Assembly: GCA_903913355.1 (NCBI GenBank)
Contig: CAIWKU010000376.1
Coordinates: 1 to 37,799 of the forward strand
DNA from: an uncultured Bacteroidota bacterium
GTDB lineage: Bacteria; Bacteroidota; Bacteroidia; Chitinophagales; Chitinophagaceae
Reading direction: 5' to 3'
Length of the DNA: 37,799 nucleotides
The stretch's first letter is position 1; every line of letters starts with the position of its first letter. Shown here piece after piece: positions 30,284-37,799 of this stretch. Position numbers and translations under genes: made by a program. The notes under the pieces were generated by a model that saw only the letters and a list, made by a program, of their open reading frames with translations, was not told where the DNA came from and searched no databases.

Positions 30284-30946
30284 ATGCTAAACAGAAAAAT
30301 CAAGTTGCTGATTGCTGATGATCATTCGGTATTCAGAACCGGTTTAAAAACATTTCTATCACAGATACCCCATTTGGAAATTGCCGGCGAAGCCGGAAAT
30401 GGTCAGGATTTGATGAAACTGGCGATAGATCTTAACCCCGATGTGATCATAACCGATCTGGATATGCCAGTCATGAGTGGCATACAGGCAACTAAGGAAT
30501 TATGTAAACGGATACCCTATTGCCGGGTAATTGCACTTACCGTTCATGCCCGGGAAGAATCTATTCTCCGAATGCTGGAAGCAGGTGCCCTGGGTTATGT
30601 GTTGAAAAGTGCCGACACAAAGGAAATTGTTGAAGCAATAGAATCGGTTGATCTGTATAAACCCTTTTTCTGCAAAGCCATTTCCGAAATGCTTACCACC
30701 ATTATTACCCGCGATTTTAAAGTACCGGTGGCAGAAACGGTTTACCTAACTGAAAGAGAAAAGCAAATCGTACAATTAATTTGTCATGAACATACCAGCA
30801 AAGGTATTGCGCATATACTTTGTCTTAGTAAAAGAACGATAGAAGGGCACAGAAGGCGGATCATGGATAAGGTAGGCGCAAAAAGTATCGCAGGGGTTAT
30901 TGCTTTTGCGTACGAAACGGGAATATATAAAAAGCCCGTTCCATAA
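30284..30946 (+). CDS. NarL/FixJ family response regulator (REC + LuxR HTH), orphan in this window
   Basis: IADDH, phospho-acceptor TDLDMP, ALT and YVLK; HTH LTEREKQIV...LSKRTIEGHRRRIMDK. Start at ATG 30284. Confidence 0.93.
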   Translation: MLNRKIKLLIADDHSVFRTGLKTFLSQIPHLEIAGEAGNGQDLMKLAIDLNPDVIITDLDMPVMSGIQATKELCKRIPYCRVIALTVHAREESILRMLEAGALGYVLKSADTKEIVEAIESVDLYKPFFCKAISEMLTTIITRDFKVPVAETVYLTEREKQIVQLICHEHTSKGIAHILCLSKRTIEGHRRRIMDKVGAKSIAGVIAFAYETGIYKKPVP

Positions 30947-30963
30947 TGAATGGGAAATTAAAT

Positions 30964-30993
30964 CAGCAGTGAACCCGGTAAGGCTCACTGCTG
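30964..30993. terminator. Probable bidirectional terminator between convergent genes
   Basis: 9-bp stem cagcagtga / tcactgctg between the stops at 30946 and 31016. Confidence 0.6.
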
Positions 30994-31015
30994 CATGAAA
31001 AACAAATCTTAACTT

Positions 31016-31930
31016 CTAATAGCCCCAACCCTTCAGCACTTTCAAATCTTCCGCAGCACATTCCAATGGGGTTTTGGCCTGGTATGATTCCTGTTCTATT
31101 ATAAAATGCTGGGTTCCGTTTTGTTTAGCCAGGTCAACAATGGCTTTTACATTGGCTACACCGGTACCTAATATGGTGCTGTCAAAGCCATCATTCATTT
31201 CTCCTTTGCCACTGGATTTCATTTCGTCTTTTACATGCATGGAAATAAAACGACCCGGGTAGCGACTGATAATCTCGTACGCATTGGCCCCTGTTCCATA
31301 TAAATTGCCGATATCCAGTTGCTGTGTAACCAGGTTGGGATCTGTATACTGTAGGATGATATCAAATACTTTAATTCCTTCCAGACTTTGCGTAAACTCA
31401 AAATTATGGTTATGATACCCGAAACGCATATCCCATTTCCTGCATAATTCACCACATAAGTTAAAAACGATCATATATCGTTTCATGTCTTCTATATTCT
31501 TTCTAAGGGTTTCGTCGAACCAGGGACTGATCACAAATTGCTGGCCAACAGTTGCCGCATCTTCTACGGTATATTTCCAGGCATCCGTAAATTCTCTTTT
31601 TTGCTCATTCCAATGTTCTTTTCCCAATACCGTATGTCCGCTAAGCATTTTCAGGCCATGGTCCGTTAATACCTTTTTAAAGTCGGTGGCGCTAAATCCA
31701 TAAAATTTCCGGTTAACATAGTTAGCATGTTCTACATATTGAAAACCCATATCTGAAAGGGCTTTTAATGTACCCAGGGGATCTTTTTTCATTTCATCCC
31801 TAACAGTATATAATTGGATACCTGTAATGGTATTGGCTGCTTGTGAAGCAAACAATCTGCTTGAAAACAGTGTACTGCCTGCAAGGGCAAAAGCAGTATT
31901 CTGAAGAAAATGTCTTCTGGAACGATTCAT
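31016..31930 (-). CDS. Tat-exported sugar phosphate isomerase/epimerase (xylose-isomerase-like TIM barrel)
   Basis: Tat signal SRRHFL, GIQLYTVR, FGYHNHNFEF, LDIGN, HVKD and IIEQE. Confidence 0.9.
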   Translation of the reverse strand: MNRSRRHFLQNTAFALAGSTLFSSRLFASQAANTITGIQLYTVRDEMKKDPLGTLKALSDMGFQYVEHANYVNRKFYGFSATDFKKVLTDHGLKMLSGHTVLGKEHWNEQKREFTDAWKYTVEDAATVGQQFVISPWFDETLRKNIEDMKRYMIVFNLCGELCRKWDMRFGYHNHNFEFTQSLEGIKVFDIILQYTDPNLVTQQLDIGNLYGTGANAYEIISRYPGRFISMHVKDEMKSSGKGEMNDGFDSTILGTGVANVKAIVDLAKQNGTQHFIIEQESYQAKTPLECAAEDLKVLKGWGY

Positions 31931-31970
31931 GGTAAGCGATTTTATTGACTAATATAGTAAATATACACTT

Positions 31971-32019
31971 GCAGGTTGCAAGTTTGCGGTTTGGCGTTTG
32001 GGGTTGTGGATTCGAAGTT
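31971..32019. repeat. Degenerate heptamer tandem repeat, 7 units (NNNN[G/A]TT)
   Basis: gcaggtt gcaagtt tgcggtt tggcgtt tggggtt gtggatt cgaagtt. Confidence 0.65.
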
Positions 32020-32037
32020 ACGGGGGTAACTTGCAGT

Positions 32038-32508
32038 ATGAAAACGGCTACGGTTCAGGAATTGAAAAAGGAATTACAGGGGCATACAGCTTCGGAATTG
32101 CTTGAATTGTGTTTGCGGCTGGCCAAATTTAAAAAGGAAAACAAGGAATTACTTACTTACCTGCTTTTTGAAGCACATGATGAAGAAAGCTATATCATCG
32201 CAGTAAAAGAACTGGTAGATGAGGATTTTAGTGAATTACCAAGACCCAGTCTCTATCTTACTAAAAAAAGTCTCCGGAAAACACTACGCACCATCAATAA
32301 ATACATCCGTTATTCCGGTTCAAAACAGGTAGAAGTGATATTACTCACCTATTTCTGCAAACAACTCAGGAATTCGGGTATTCCGTATCAAAAATCAACC
32401 GTTTTGGCAAATTTATATGAAGGCCAGATCAAAAAGATACATGCCGCTTTGCTACTCTTACACGAGGATCTTCAATACGATTATCGGCAGGAACTGATGG
32501 GTTTATAA
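32038..32508 (+). CDS. Conserved Bacteroidota hypothetical protein
   Basis: MKTATVQELKKEL...LRLAKFKKENKELLTYLLFE...LHEDLQYDY. Start at ATG 32038; the upstream extension runs through the heptamer repeat. Confidence 0.8.
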   Translation: MKTATVQELKKELQGHTASELLELCLRLAKFKKENKELLTYLLFEAHDEESYIIAVKELVDEDFSELPRPSLYLTKKSLRKTLRTINKYIRYSGSKQVEVILLTYFCKQLRNSGIPYQKSTVLANLYEGQIKKIHAALLLLHEDLQYDYRQELMGL

Positions 32509-32661
32509 GCCAATTTACCTGTTCTTACAAGATAGAATTAACAGTCTCTATACCCATTTCCTTACGATATTTCAAAACCAAATTCGGTTTTCGCCTATAA
32601 ATACTGCACCTTTACACTGTTTTCGCTGGCCATTTTATTTCATTTAATACGACAAACCCCC

Positions 32662-33027
32662 ATGTACACGCAGATCTGGAGCAAATACCTACCCATTATT
32701 AAGATATTATTGAAAAGAACTTTAAATGGCGACCAGGTATTGGATCTGAACCGTATCGATTTCGAAAGAGCCGGTAGCGGACGTAAAGCGGGTTATAAAT
32801 TTACTATCGAATTTACCAAAGGCCGTGTGGCCAATATCATTAGCGGCTCTGCTTTGGCTTCCGATCTGGCTTTTGTAATGCTGGAAGATGCTGCTATCAA
32901 ACCCTTATTATTAGGTAATCACTACCTGGTTTCTCTGAATACCAAGTTTCAGTTGAGTTTGAAAAATGTTACCCCGAAAGAAGAGCTTTCCGAAAATGAA
33001 GGTGCAGCAAAAGAAACTGCTGAATAA
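32662..33027 (+). CDS. Conserved Bacteroidota hypothetical protein
   Basis: 121-aa ORF: MYTQIWSKYLPIIKILLKR...DFERAGSGRKAGYKF. Confidence 0.75.
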   Translation: MYTQIWSKYLPIIKILLKRTLNGDQVLDLNRIDFERAGSGRKAGYKFTIEFTKGRVANIISGSALASDLAFVMLEDAAIKPLLLGNHYLVSLNTKFQLSLKNVTPKEELSENEGAAKETAE

Positions 33028-33049
33028 GCCACTTTATTTCTTTACCTGA

Positions 33050-33823
33050 TTAGAAGATTCCTTTTACCATACCTCCATCCAGGGTAATGGTTTGACCAGT
33101 TATGTATTTACTAAACGGACTCAATAACCAAACAGCCAGGCTGGCAAAATCAGAGGCTTCGCCTAAAGCACCTACGGGTATATTGTGTATGGCTGATTTT
33201 CTAACTTCCTCGATGGGTTGACCAGTCTGTTCACTTTTCTTCTGGTATATCCGATTAATCGCCGCTGTATTATGTGAGCCGGGACCGAGTACATTACAGG
33301 TAATACCGGTAGAGGCAATTTCCTGGGAAAGGGTTTTTACCATTCCTACAACGGCCACCCGTAACGAGTTACTCAATACCAGGTTCTCGAGTGGTTGTTT
33401 TACGGAAGAGCTTTCAATATATACAATCCGTCCATAATGAAAAGGGATCATTTTAGGCACCAGTGCCTGGGTAATGGCCACTTTCCACCTGAGTAATTTT
33501 TTATACGCATCATCCCAATCCTCCAAACTGGTTTCCATTACTGTCTTAGCCGGTGGCCCACCTGCATTTACCACCATACCATGTACCTGTCTGTTACCTA
33601 CTGTATCCAGGATTTTTTGAATGATGGCTGATTCTGAAATATCACCTATCATGATCTCTATCTTCGAAGGCGCTTCCGATTGCAGGACTTTTAATTTTTC
33701 TTCTCCTCTTGCTACGGCTATAATATTCGCGCCCTCTTTTACTAAGGCCAATGCAATAGCCTGACCAAAACCTGAACTGGCGCCTCCCACAATAAATAAC
33801 TGGTCTTTGATTTGTAAATCCAT
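33050..33823 (-). CDS. SDR family oxidoreductase
   Basis: GASSGFG, NAGGPP, LSNSLR, NVLGPG and ITGQTITLDGG. Start at ATG 33823. Confidence 0.92.
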   Translation of the reverse strand: MDLQIKDQLFIVGGASSGFGQAIALALVKEGANIIAVARGEEKLKVLQSEAPSKIEIMIGDISESAIIQKILDTVGNRQVHGMVVNAGGPPAKTVMETSLEDWDDAYKKLLRWKVAITQALVPKMIPFHYGRIVYIESSSVKQPLENLVLSNSLRVAVVGMVKTLSQEIASTGITCNVLGPGSHNTAAINRIYQKKSEQTGQPIEEVRKSAIHNIPVGALGEASDFASLAVWLLSPFSKYITGQTITLDGGMVKGIF

Positions 33824-33958
33824 GCTTAAAATTAAGCAGTACAACTGATTGATTGAAATTAACTGTCTTAATTAATCCTCTTTGCTCATAAGTTTTCTCC
33901 TTCTGGTAAAAAATCGTAGCCTTGCCTAAAGAACGACTCATAAAACCCGAAATAAAAT

Positions 33959-34405
33959 ATGGCAAGCAGAAAAAAAGAACCCAAAACGCAATCTGTAACA
34001 TGGCATGATAACCATGTTGAAAATCTGACATTCGGACAAAAAATTGCAGATAGTGTGGCCCAGGGTATGGGTTCCTGGAGTTTTATAATCATACAAAGTA
34101 TTATTGTAGGTATCTGGATGTTGTTAAATGTTATTGGCTTCATTAACCACTGGGATCCTTATCCATTTATTTTACTCAACCTACTTTTCTCCACCCAGGC
34201 TGCTTACGCAGCACCCATCATCATGATGGCCCAAAACCGACAGAATGAACGCGATCGTGCTCAAGCCATGGCAGACTTTCAAACCAATCTGGATGCTAAA
34301 AAAGAAATTGAAGAATTACAGGTGCAGCTTACGCAGATAGAATTGGAGAAATTAGATAAGATCATTCTGATGCTGGAAAAATTAAACCTGCAGGGTAAAG
34401 ACTAA
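33959..34405 (+). CDS. DUF1003 domain membrane protein
   Basis: GSWSFII and WDPYPFILLNLLFSTQAAYAAPIIMMAQNRQ. Confidence 0.93.
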   Translation: MASRKKEPKTQSVTWHDNHVENLTFGQKIADSVAQGMGSWSFIIIQSIIVGIWMLLNVIGFINHWDPYPFILLNLLFSTQAAYAAPIIMMAQNRQNERDRAQAMADFQTNLDAKKEIEELQVQLTQIELEKLDKIILMLEKLNLQGKD

Positions 34406-34462
34406 ACGCTAACGTGTTTTGCTCATTAATAGATAGTAATTCAATTAATTGCTATGATTTTT

Positions 34463-34544
34463 CTTAGCGTTCACTGCGGTTCACTGCGTCCTTTGCGCTC
34501 CTGCTTTTAAAGCTTACCATTAGAAGCTGTAACGCAAAGGACGC
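34463..34544. repeat. REP-like intergenic element: short direct repeats plus a long hairpin
   Basis: gttcactgcg occurs twice in tandem. A perfect 12-bp inverted repeat gcgtcctttgcg (34486-34497) / cgcaaaggacgc (34533-34544) encloses gcttttaa / ttagaagc. Confidence 0.6.
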
Positions 34545-34622
34545 TATGACCGTATAAAAAATACTAGCACTCAACGTATCGTGCTATTTAAAAATAGTTT
34601 ACAGAGTACAATCCGTTAAATT

Positions 34623-35057
34623 TTATTTTTTTGACAACAGAATTTTATGAAACTTATTCAGTTCTGCAATTTCTTCTGCTGTCATTAATTCGTTGTTCTC
34701 ATATTTTGATTTGAGAAACAATACCCGTTTATGTTGGGGATACCGGCTTAGTATCTCAGAGATCAGCTTACCAATATTTTCATCTTTGGTATAAATGGGT
34801 GTGATTACTTCGACCGTTGATTTATGCCGGGTGGGCATTTTTAGGATGATGGCTTCGAGGGTACCCAGCCAGCTGGGAGAAATATCTTTTACATTCTGCG
34901 CTTTGGCTAATAAACCCTGTAATTGTTTTTTGCTCAAACTGCCTCTTTCTTCATATTGATGCATGAGGCTCATGACAAACAAAGCATCTGTATTATGCGC
35001 GTACACCGCATCCAATACTTTGGCAATGATATCTATGCCTGGTTTCTTTTTATACAT
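34623..35057 (-). CDS. Hypothetical protein
   Basis: SLMHQYEERGSLSKKQLQGL and YPQHKRVLFLK. Start taken at ATG 35057. Confidence 0.7.
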   Translation of the reverse strand: MYKKKPGIDIIAKVLDAVYAHNTDALFVMSLMHQYEERGSLSKKQLQGLLAKAQNVKDISPSWLGTLEAIILKMPTRHKSTVEVITPIYTKDENIGKLISEILSRYPQHKRVLFLKSKYENNELMTAEEIAELNKFHKILLSKK

Positions 35058-35152
35058 GTGTATACGAAGATAGTTGAATATCTTTTTTGTGGGGGAGAGA
35101 TTGGGCACACAAAGGCACGGTTTGTGTGGTGCTAAATAGGGCCCTCTAATTA

Positions 35153-36043
35153 TTAATTGTTAATTGCTTCATATCTCTCTCCTGCTTTGATGGCAATCGA
35201 TAATATATTCTGTTTGGGAGGTAAGGGGCATGTGGCAAATTCTGAGAAAGCACAGGGTGGATTAAACGCTTTATTGAAATCTACAATAGTTGTTGCTCCA
35301 TGCGCGGGTTTTTTTACATACATAAATCTACCGGCAGGATAGGTTTCTTTGCCGCTGGTGGCATCTCCAAAAATAATGAATAGCTCACCGGGAGATTCTT
35401 CGAGGGCGTCTAAGCGATAGGTTTGATTATTAATCGTGAATACCAGTTTTCCGGGCGTGTTTTGTTGATTGGTTTGTCCGAGTACATTGGTGATAGAAAC
35501 AAAAGCATTAGGTGCTTCTTCCAGATAAGCAGATACGCGCCAATTACTATCTACTGGATAACGGGGGATATCTGTAAATTTTGCTAATGCCGGGCTTTTC
35601 AAATCGCGGAAACGAATACCAATCTTATCATCTCGCTGAATAATATTCCATCTAAAATGATTCAATGCTAAAAACGGTACACGAAAATTGCCTTGTTGAA
35701 ATATCACGGCCTTGGTAATTACCGAATCTTTTTCCAATACAGTTACACCGGTTTCGGAAATCCAGGTAACGGTGGTCCCTTCCAGCATAAAACTACCCGC
35801 TTTTGCAGGCATATCGGAGTTACTAAAAACAATATCATTGGATGAAGCGCTTCCAAAACTGTTTTTACCCTGCTTCAGCCAAAATAACCCTGCCAGGTTT
35901 ACCCATCCATTTGGCGCTTTCAGGTCTTCAATACGTTTAGCATGCCAGGCATTGATCTGTTGCTCATAGCTGCTGTTTTTTTCTTGCGAAAAACCCGTTT
36001 GAAATAGCATGAGCAGGAATACTGCGGATAAAACTTGTTTCAT
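35153..36043 (-). CDS. DUF1684 domain protein (secreted)
   Basis: GWVNLAGLFWL, FGDATSGKETYPAGRF and DFNKAFNPPCAFSEFATCPLPP. Start at ATG 36043. Confidence 0.92.
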   Translation of the reverse strand: MKQVLSAVFLLMLFQTGFSQEKNSSYEQQINAWHAKRIEDLKAPNGWVNLAGLFWLKQGKNSFGSASSNDIVFSNSDMPAKAGSFMLEGTTVTWISETGVTVLEKDSVITKAVIFQQGNFRVPFLALNHFRWNIIQRDDKIGIRFRDLKSPALAKFTDIPRYPVDSNWRVSAYLEEAPNAFVSITNVLGQTNQQNTPGKLVFTINNQTYRLDALEESPGELFIIFGDATSGKETYPAGRFMYVKKPAHGATTIVDFNKAFNPPCAFSEFATCPLPPKQNILSIAIKAGERYEAINN

Positions 36044-36061
36044 TTTTTTACAATCAGCTCG

Positions 36062-36069
36062 CAAAGATA
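36062..36069 (-). promoter_or_regulatory. Bacteroidota -7 promoter element for the DUF1684 gene
   Basis: Plus-strand CAAAGATA reads TATCTTTG on the minus strand, 18 nt upstream of the ATG. Confidence 0.55.
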
Positions 36070-36107
36070 TAGGAATGCAATAGTATAGCAAAATAGTAGA
36101 GTATGTT

Positions 36108-36182
36108 GCCCTTGTTGGCCGCCTGACCAGCAACATTGATTATCTCTCGCCATTGTTGGTCGGGCGACCAACAATGGCGAGA
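36108..36182. repeat. Pair of REP-like palindromes (one perfect 18-bp inverted repeat, one degenerate copy); may also terminate the RND operon
   Basis: tctcgccattgttggtcg-gg-cgaccaacaatggcgaga (36145-36182) and gcccttgttggccgcctgaccagcaac (36108-36134). Confidence 0.7.
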
Positions 36183-36195
36183 ATAAAATAAACAG

Positions 36196-37302
36196 CTAAC
36201 TTTTTTTAATAGCCAGACTGGTTCCTGGTTTTATTTCATCCGTTGCTTTCTGTAACAGCGTATCTTTTTCGGAAAGGTTGCCAAAGATTTCAATTCTATC
36301 CGCCGTATTCATTCCGGTTCTGATATCCACCCATTCTGTTTTCCCTTGTTTAATACGAATCACAAATTTCTTTTCTAATGTAGTAGCTATGGCCGATGGC
36401 GGAACCGCAAAAGATGGGCTGGATCGGCCCAATGTAATCCGGGCATTCGCATACATGCCCGGCTTCAATTCGTTATTGCTATTATGATAGATAAATTCCC
36501 AGATCTCTGTACGGTTATCCTGGCTAACAACGCCGGCTTTACGACTCAGACTGGCCTTAAACGATTTATCTGGCTGCGCATCTACCGTAAAAACAATAAC
36601 AGAAGAATCTGCTACTGCGCCTGTGTACGCTTCGGCAACGGGTAGCCGTAATCTTAGTTGAGAAGTATTTTCAATGACCAATATCGGTTTTGTATTTCCA
36701 TTACCCACCAATACGCCTGCATCTGCATTTCTTTGCGAAACGGTTCCATTAAATGGTGCACGAATAATCAGATAGTCTTTCAGTTGGCCCAATGCATTTT
36801 GTTTTGCTTTCGCTGCCTCAACGGCGGAACTATCAGAACGCATTTGGTTCCTGCTTTTTTCTAATTCAACCGCAGCAATGGTACCGTTAACTTTTGCGGC
36901 ATTCGCAATTCTTTGAAAAGCATCATTACTGGCGGTATATTTTGATTTAAGCGATTGTACATCAGCTATAGCCTGTGTATAGTTTGCCATCATTTCCGGT
37001 GCTTCAATTACAGCCAGTAATTGTCCTTTTTGTACATGGTCGCCGATATCCACTTTTACTTCTTTCAGATAGCCGTTTACTTTTGCAAATATCTCCGCTC
37101 TTTCCAATGCGGTTAGTTCGGCAGGAAATACCAATGATTTATTTATTTTTTGCTTCTGCAAAAGAAAAATACTGGCAGAGTCTGGTTTGGGAGCACTGGC
37201 TTTTGCTGTATCCTTATTGGTGTTATTGCAGGCAGCCAGTAAACAAACTACTGAGATGGCAGCACCGGATAACCATATATGTTTACGATTGTTTCTGATC
37301 AT
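36196..37302 (-). CDS. RND efflux periplasmic adaptor (membrane fusion) lipoprotein
   Basis: Lipobox LAAC, AKVNGYLKEVKVDIGDHVQKGQLL, IRAPFNGTV, LKPGMYA and VPPSAI. Confidence 0.93.
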   Translation of the reverse strand: MIRNNRKHIWLSGAAISVVCLLAACNNTNKDTAKASAPKPDSASIFLLQKQKINKSLVFPAELTALERAEIFAKVNGYLKEVKVDIGDHVQKGQLLAVIEAPEMMANYTQAIADVQSLKSKYTASNDAFQRIANAAKVNGTIAAVELEKSRNQMRSDSSAVEAAKAKQNALGQLKDYLIIRAPFNGTVSQRNADAGVLVGNGNTKPILVIENTSQLRLRLPVAEAYTGAVADSSVIVFTVDAQPDKSFKASLSRKAGVVSQDNRTEIWEFIYHNSNNELKPGMYANARITLGRSSPSFAVPPSAIATTLEKKFVIRIKQGKTEWVDIRTGMNTADRIEIFGNLSEKDTLLQKATDEIKPGTSLAIKKS

Positions 37303-37799
37303 AATATTGGCTGTTTATATCATTAGGGTCCAGTGAATTATTTTGGTAAGCAGTACTATCTGTAAGAAGTTTATACACCTGTGGCAACAAAACAAGTGTG
37401 GCAATGATTGAAAATAACAATCCTCCTATTACGGCCACTCCCAAAGGTGCAGTAGGGTCACCACCTTCTCCAAAACCCAAAGCCATCGGCGTCATGCCTG
37501 CTATCATTGCCAAACCTGTCATAACAATTGGCCGCAATCGGTTCGCCGCTCCTGTTTGGTAAGCATTGGTCTCCTTCCTTTTCCGGTATTGTTGCGCATT
37601 GGTAATATATAATATGGCATTGGCCACGGCCACACCTACCGCCATGATCATTCCCAAATACGATTGAATGTTCAAGGTTTTCCCGGTTATCCATAAAAGA
37701 AATAAGGAGCCGGCAACTACAGCAGGTATTACGGATAAAACTGAGATAGATACCCGGAACGATTGAAAACTGATAGCCAATAAAAAGAAAATTACTACA
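37283..37799 (-). CDS. RND efflux permease (AcrB/CusA-like), C-terminal fragment; the gene continues beyond the window
   Basis: GVAVANAIL, RLRPIVMT, GMTPMALG and APLGVAVIGGL. The frame is open to the window edge and overlaps the adaptor start by 20 nt. Confidence 0.92.
   Translation of the reverse strand, partial: VVIFFLLAISFQSFRVSISVLSVIPAVVAGSLFLLWITGKTLNIQSYLGMIMAVGVAVANAILYITNAQQYRKRKETNAYQTGAANRLRPIVMTGLAMIAGMTPMALGFGEGGDPTAPLGVAVIGGLLFSIIATLVLLPQVYKLLTDSTAYQNNSLDPNDINSQYYDQKQS

Noticed and set aside
1-37799. CRISPR array, tRNA/rRNA, prophage, IS element or anti-phage defence island
   Set aside because: I saw no regularly spaced repeat-spacer units, RNA-gene signatures, integrase, transposase, phage or recognisable defence genes. 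This was by eye only, with no scan.

Overview
A 37.8-kb, AT-rich chromosomal window from a Bacteroidota genome. The gene families and TAnnTTTG promoter motifs point to a Chitinophagaceae-like organism, which is inference. It holds about 32 protein-coding genes; I saw no rRNA, tRNA, CRISPR array, prophage or transposase. Most genes are ordinary: VPS10/BNR hydrolase, class V aminotransferase, M14 peptidase, acyl-CoA transferase, MgtC, Omp85-like barrel, MATE, YheT, RecQ, SDR, DUF1003, DUF1684 and an RND pump. Two loci stand out. (1) 25656-29887 (minus strand) encodes a stand-alone SET methyltransferase, a D-Ala-D-Ala-ligase-like ATP-grasp enzyme, an ATP-grasp::SET fusion and an ABC-type transmembrane domain with no ATPase, with an orphan NarL-type regulator transcribed divergently. 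It looks like a ligate-and-methylate peptide or protein modification system whose product I cannot identify. (2) 14138-20147 is a five-gene cluster: ethanolamine-type permease, GS-like gamma-glutamyl ligase, Fe-ADH, C26 hydrolase and ALDH. It fits B12-independent ethanolamine catabolism by gamma-glutamylation. Smaller points are an in-frame TAG in the first gene, two kinds of REP-like palindromes, a heptamer tandem repeat and a structured MATE leader. All family calls come from motif recognition by eye; no database searches were run.
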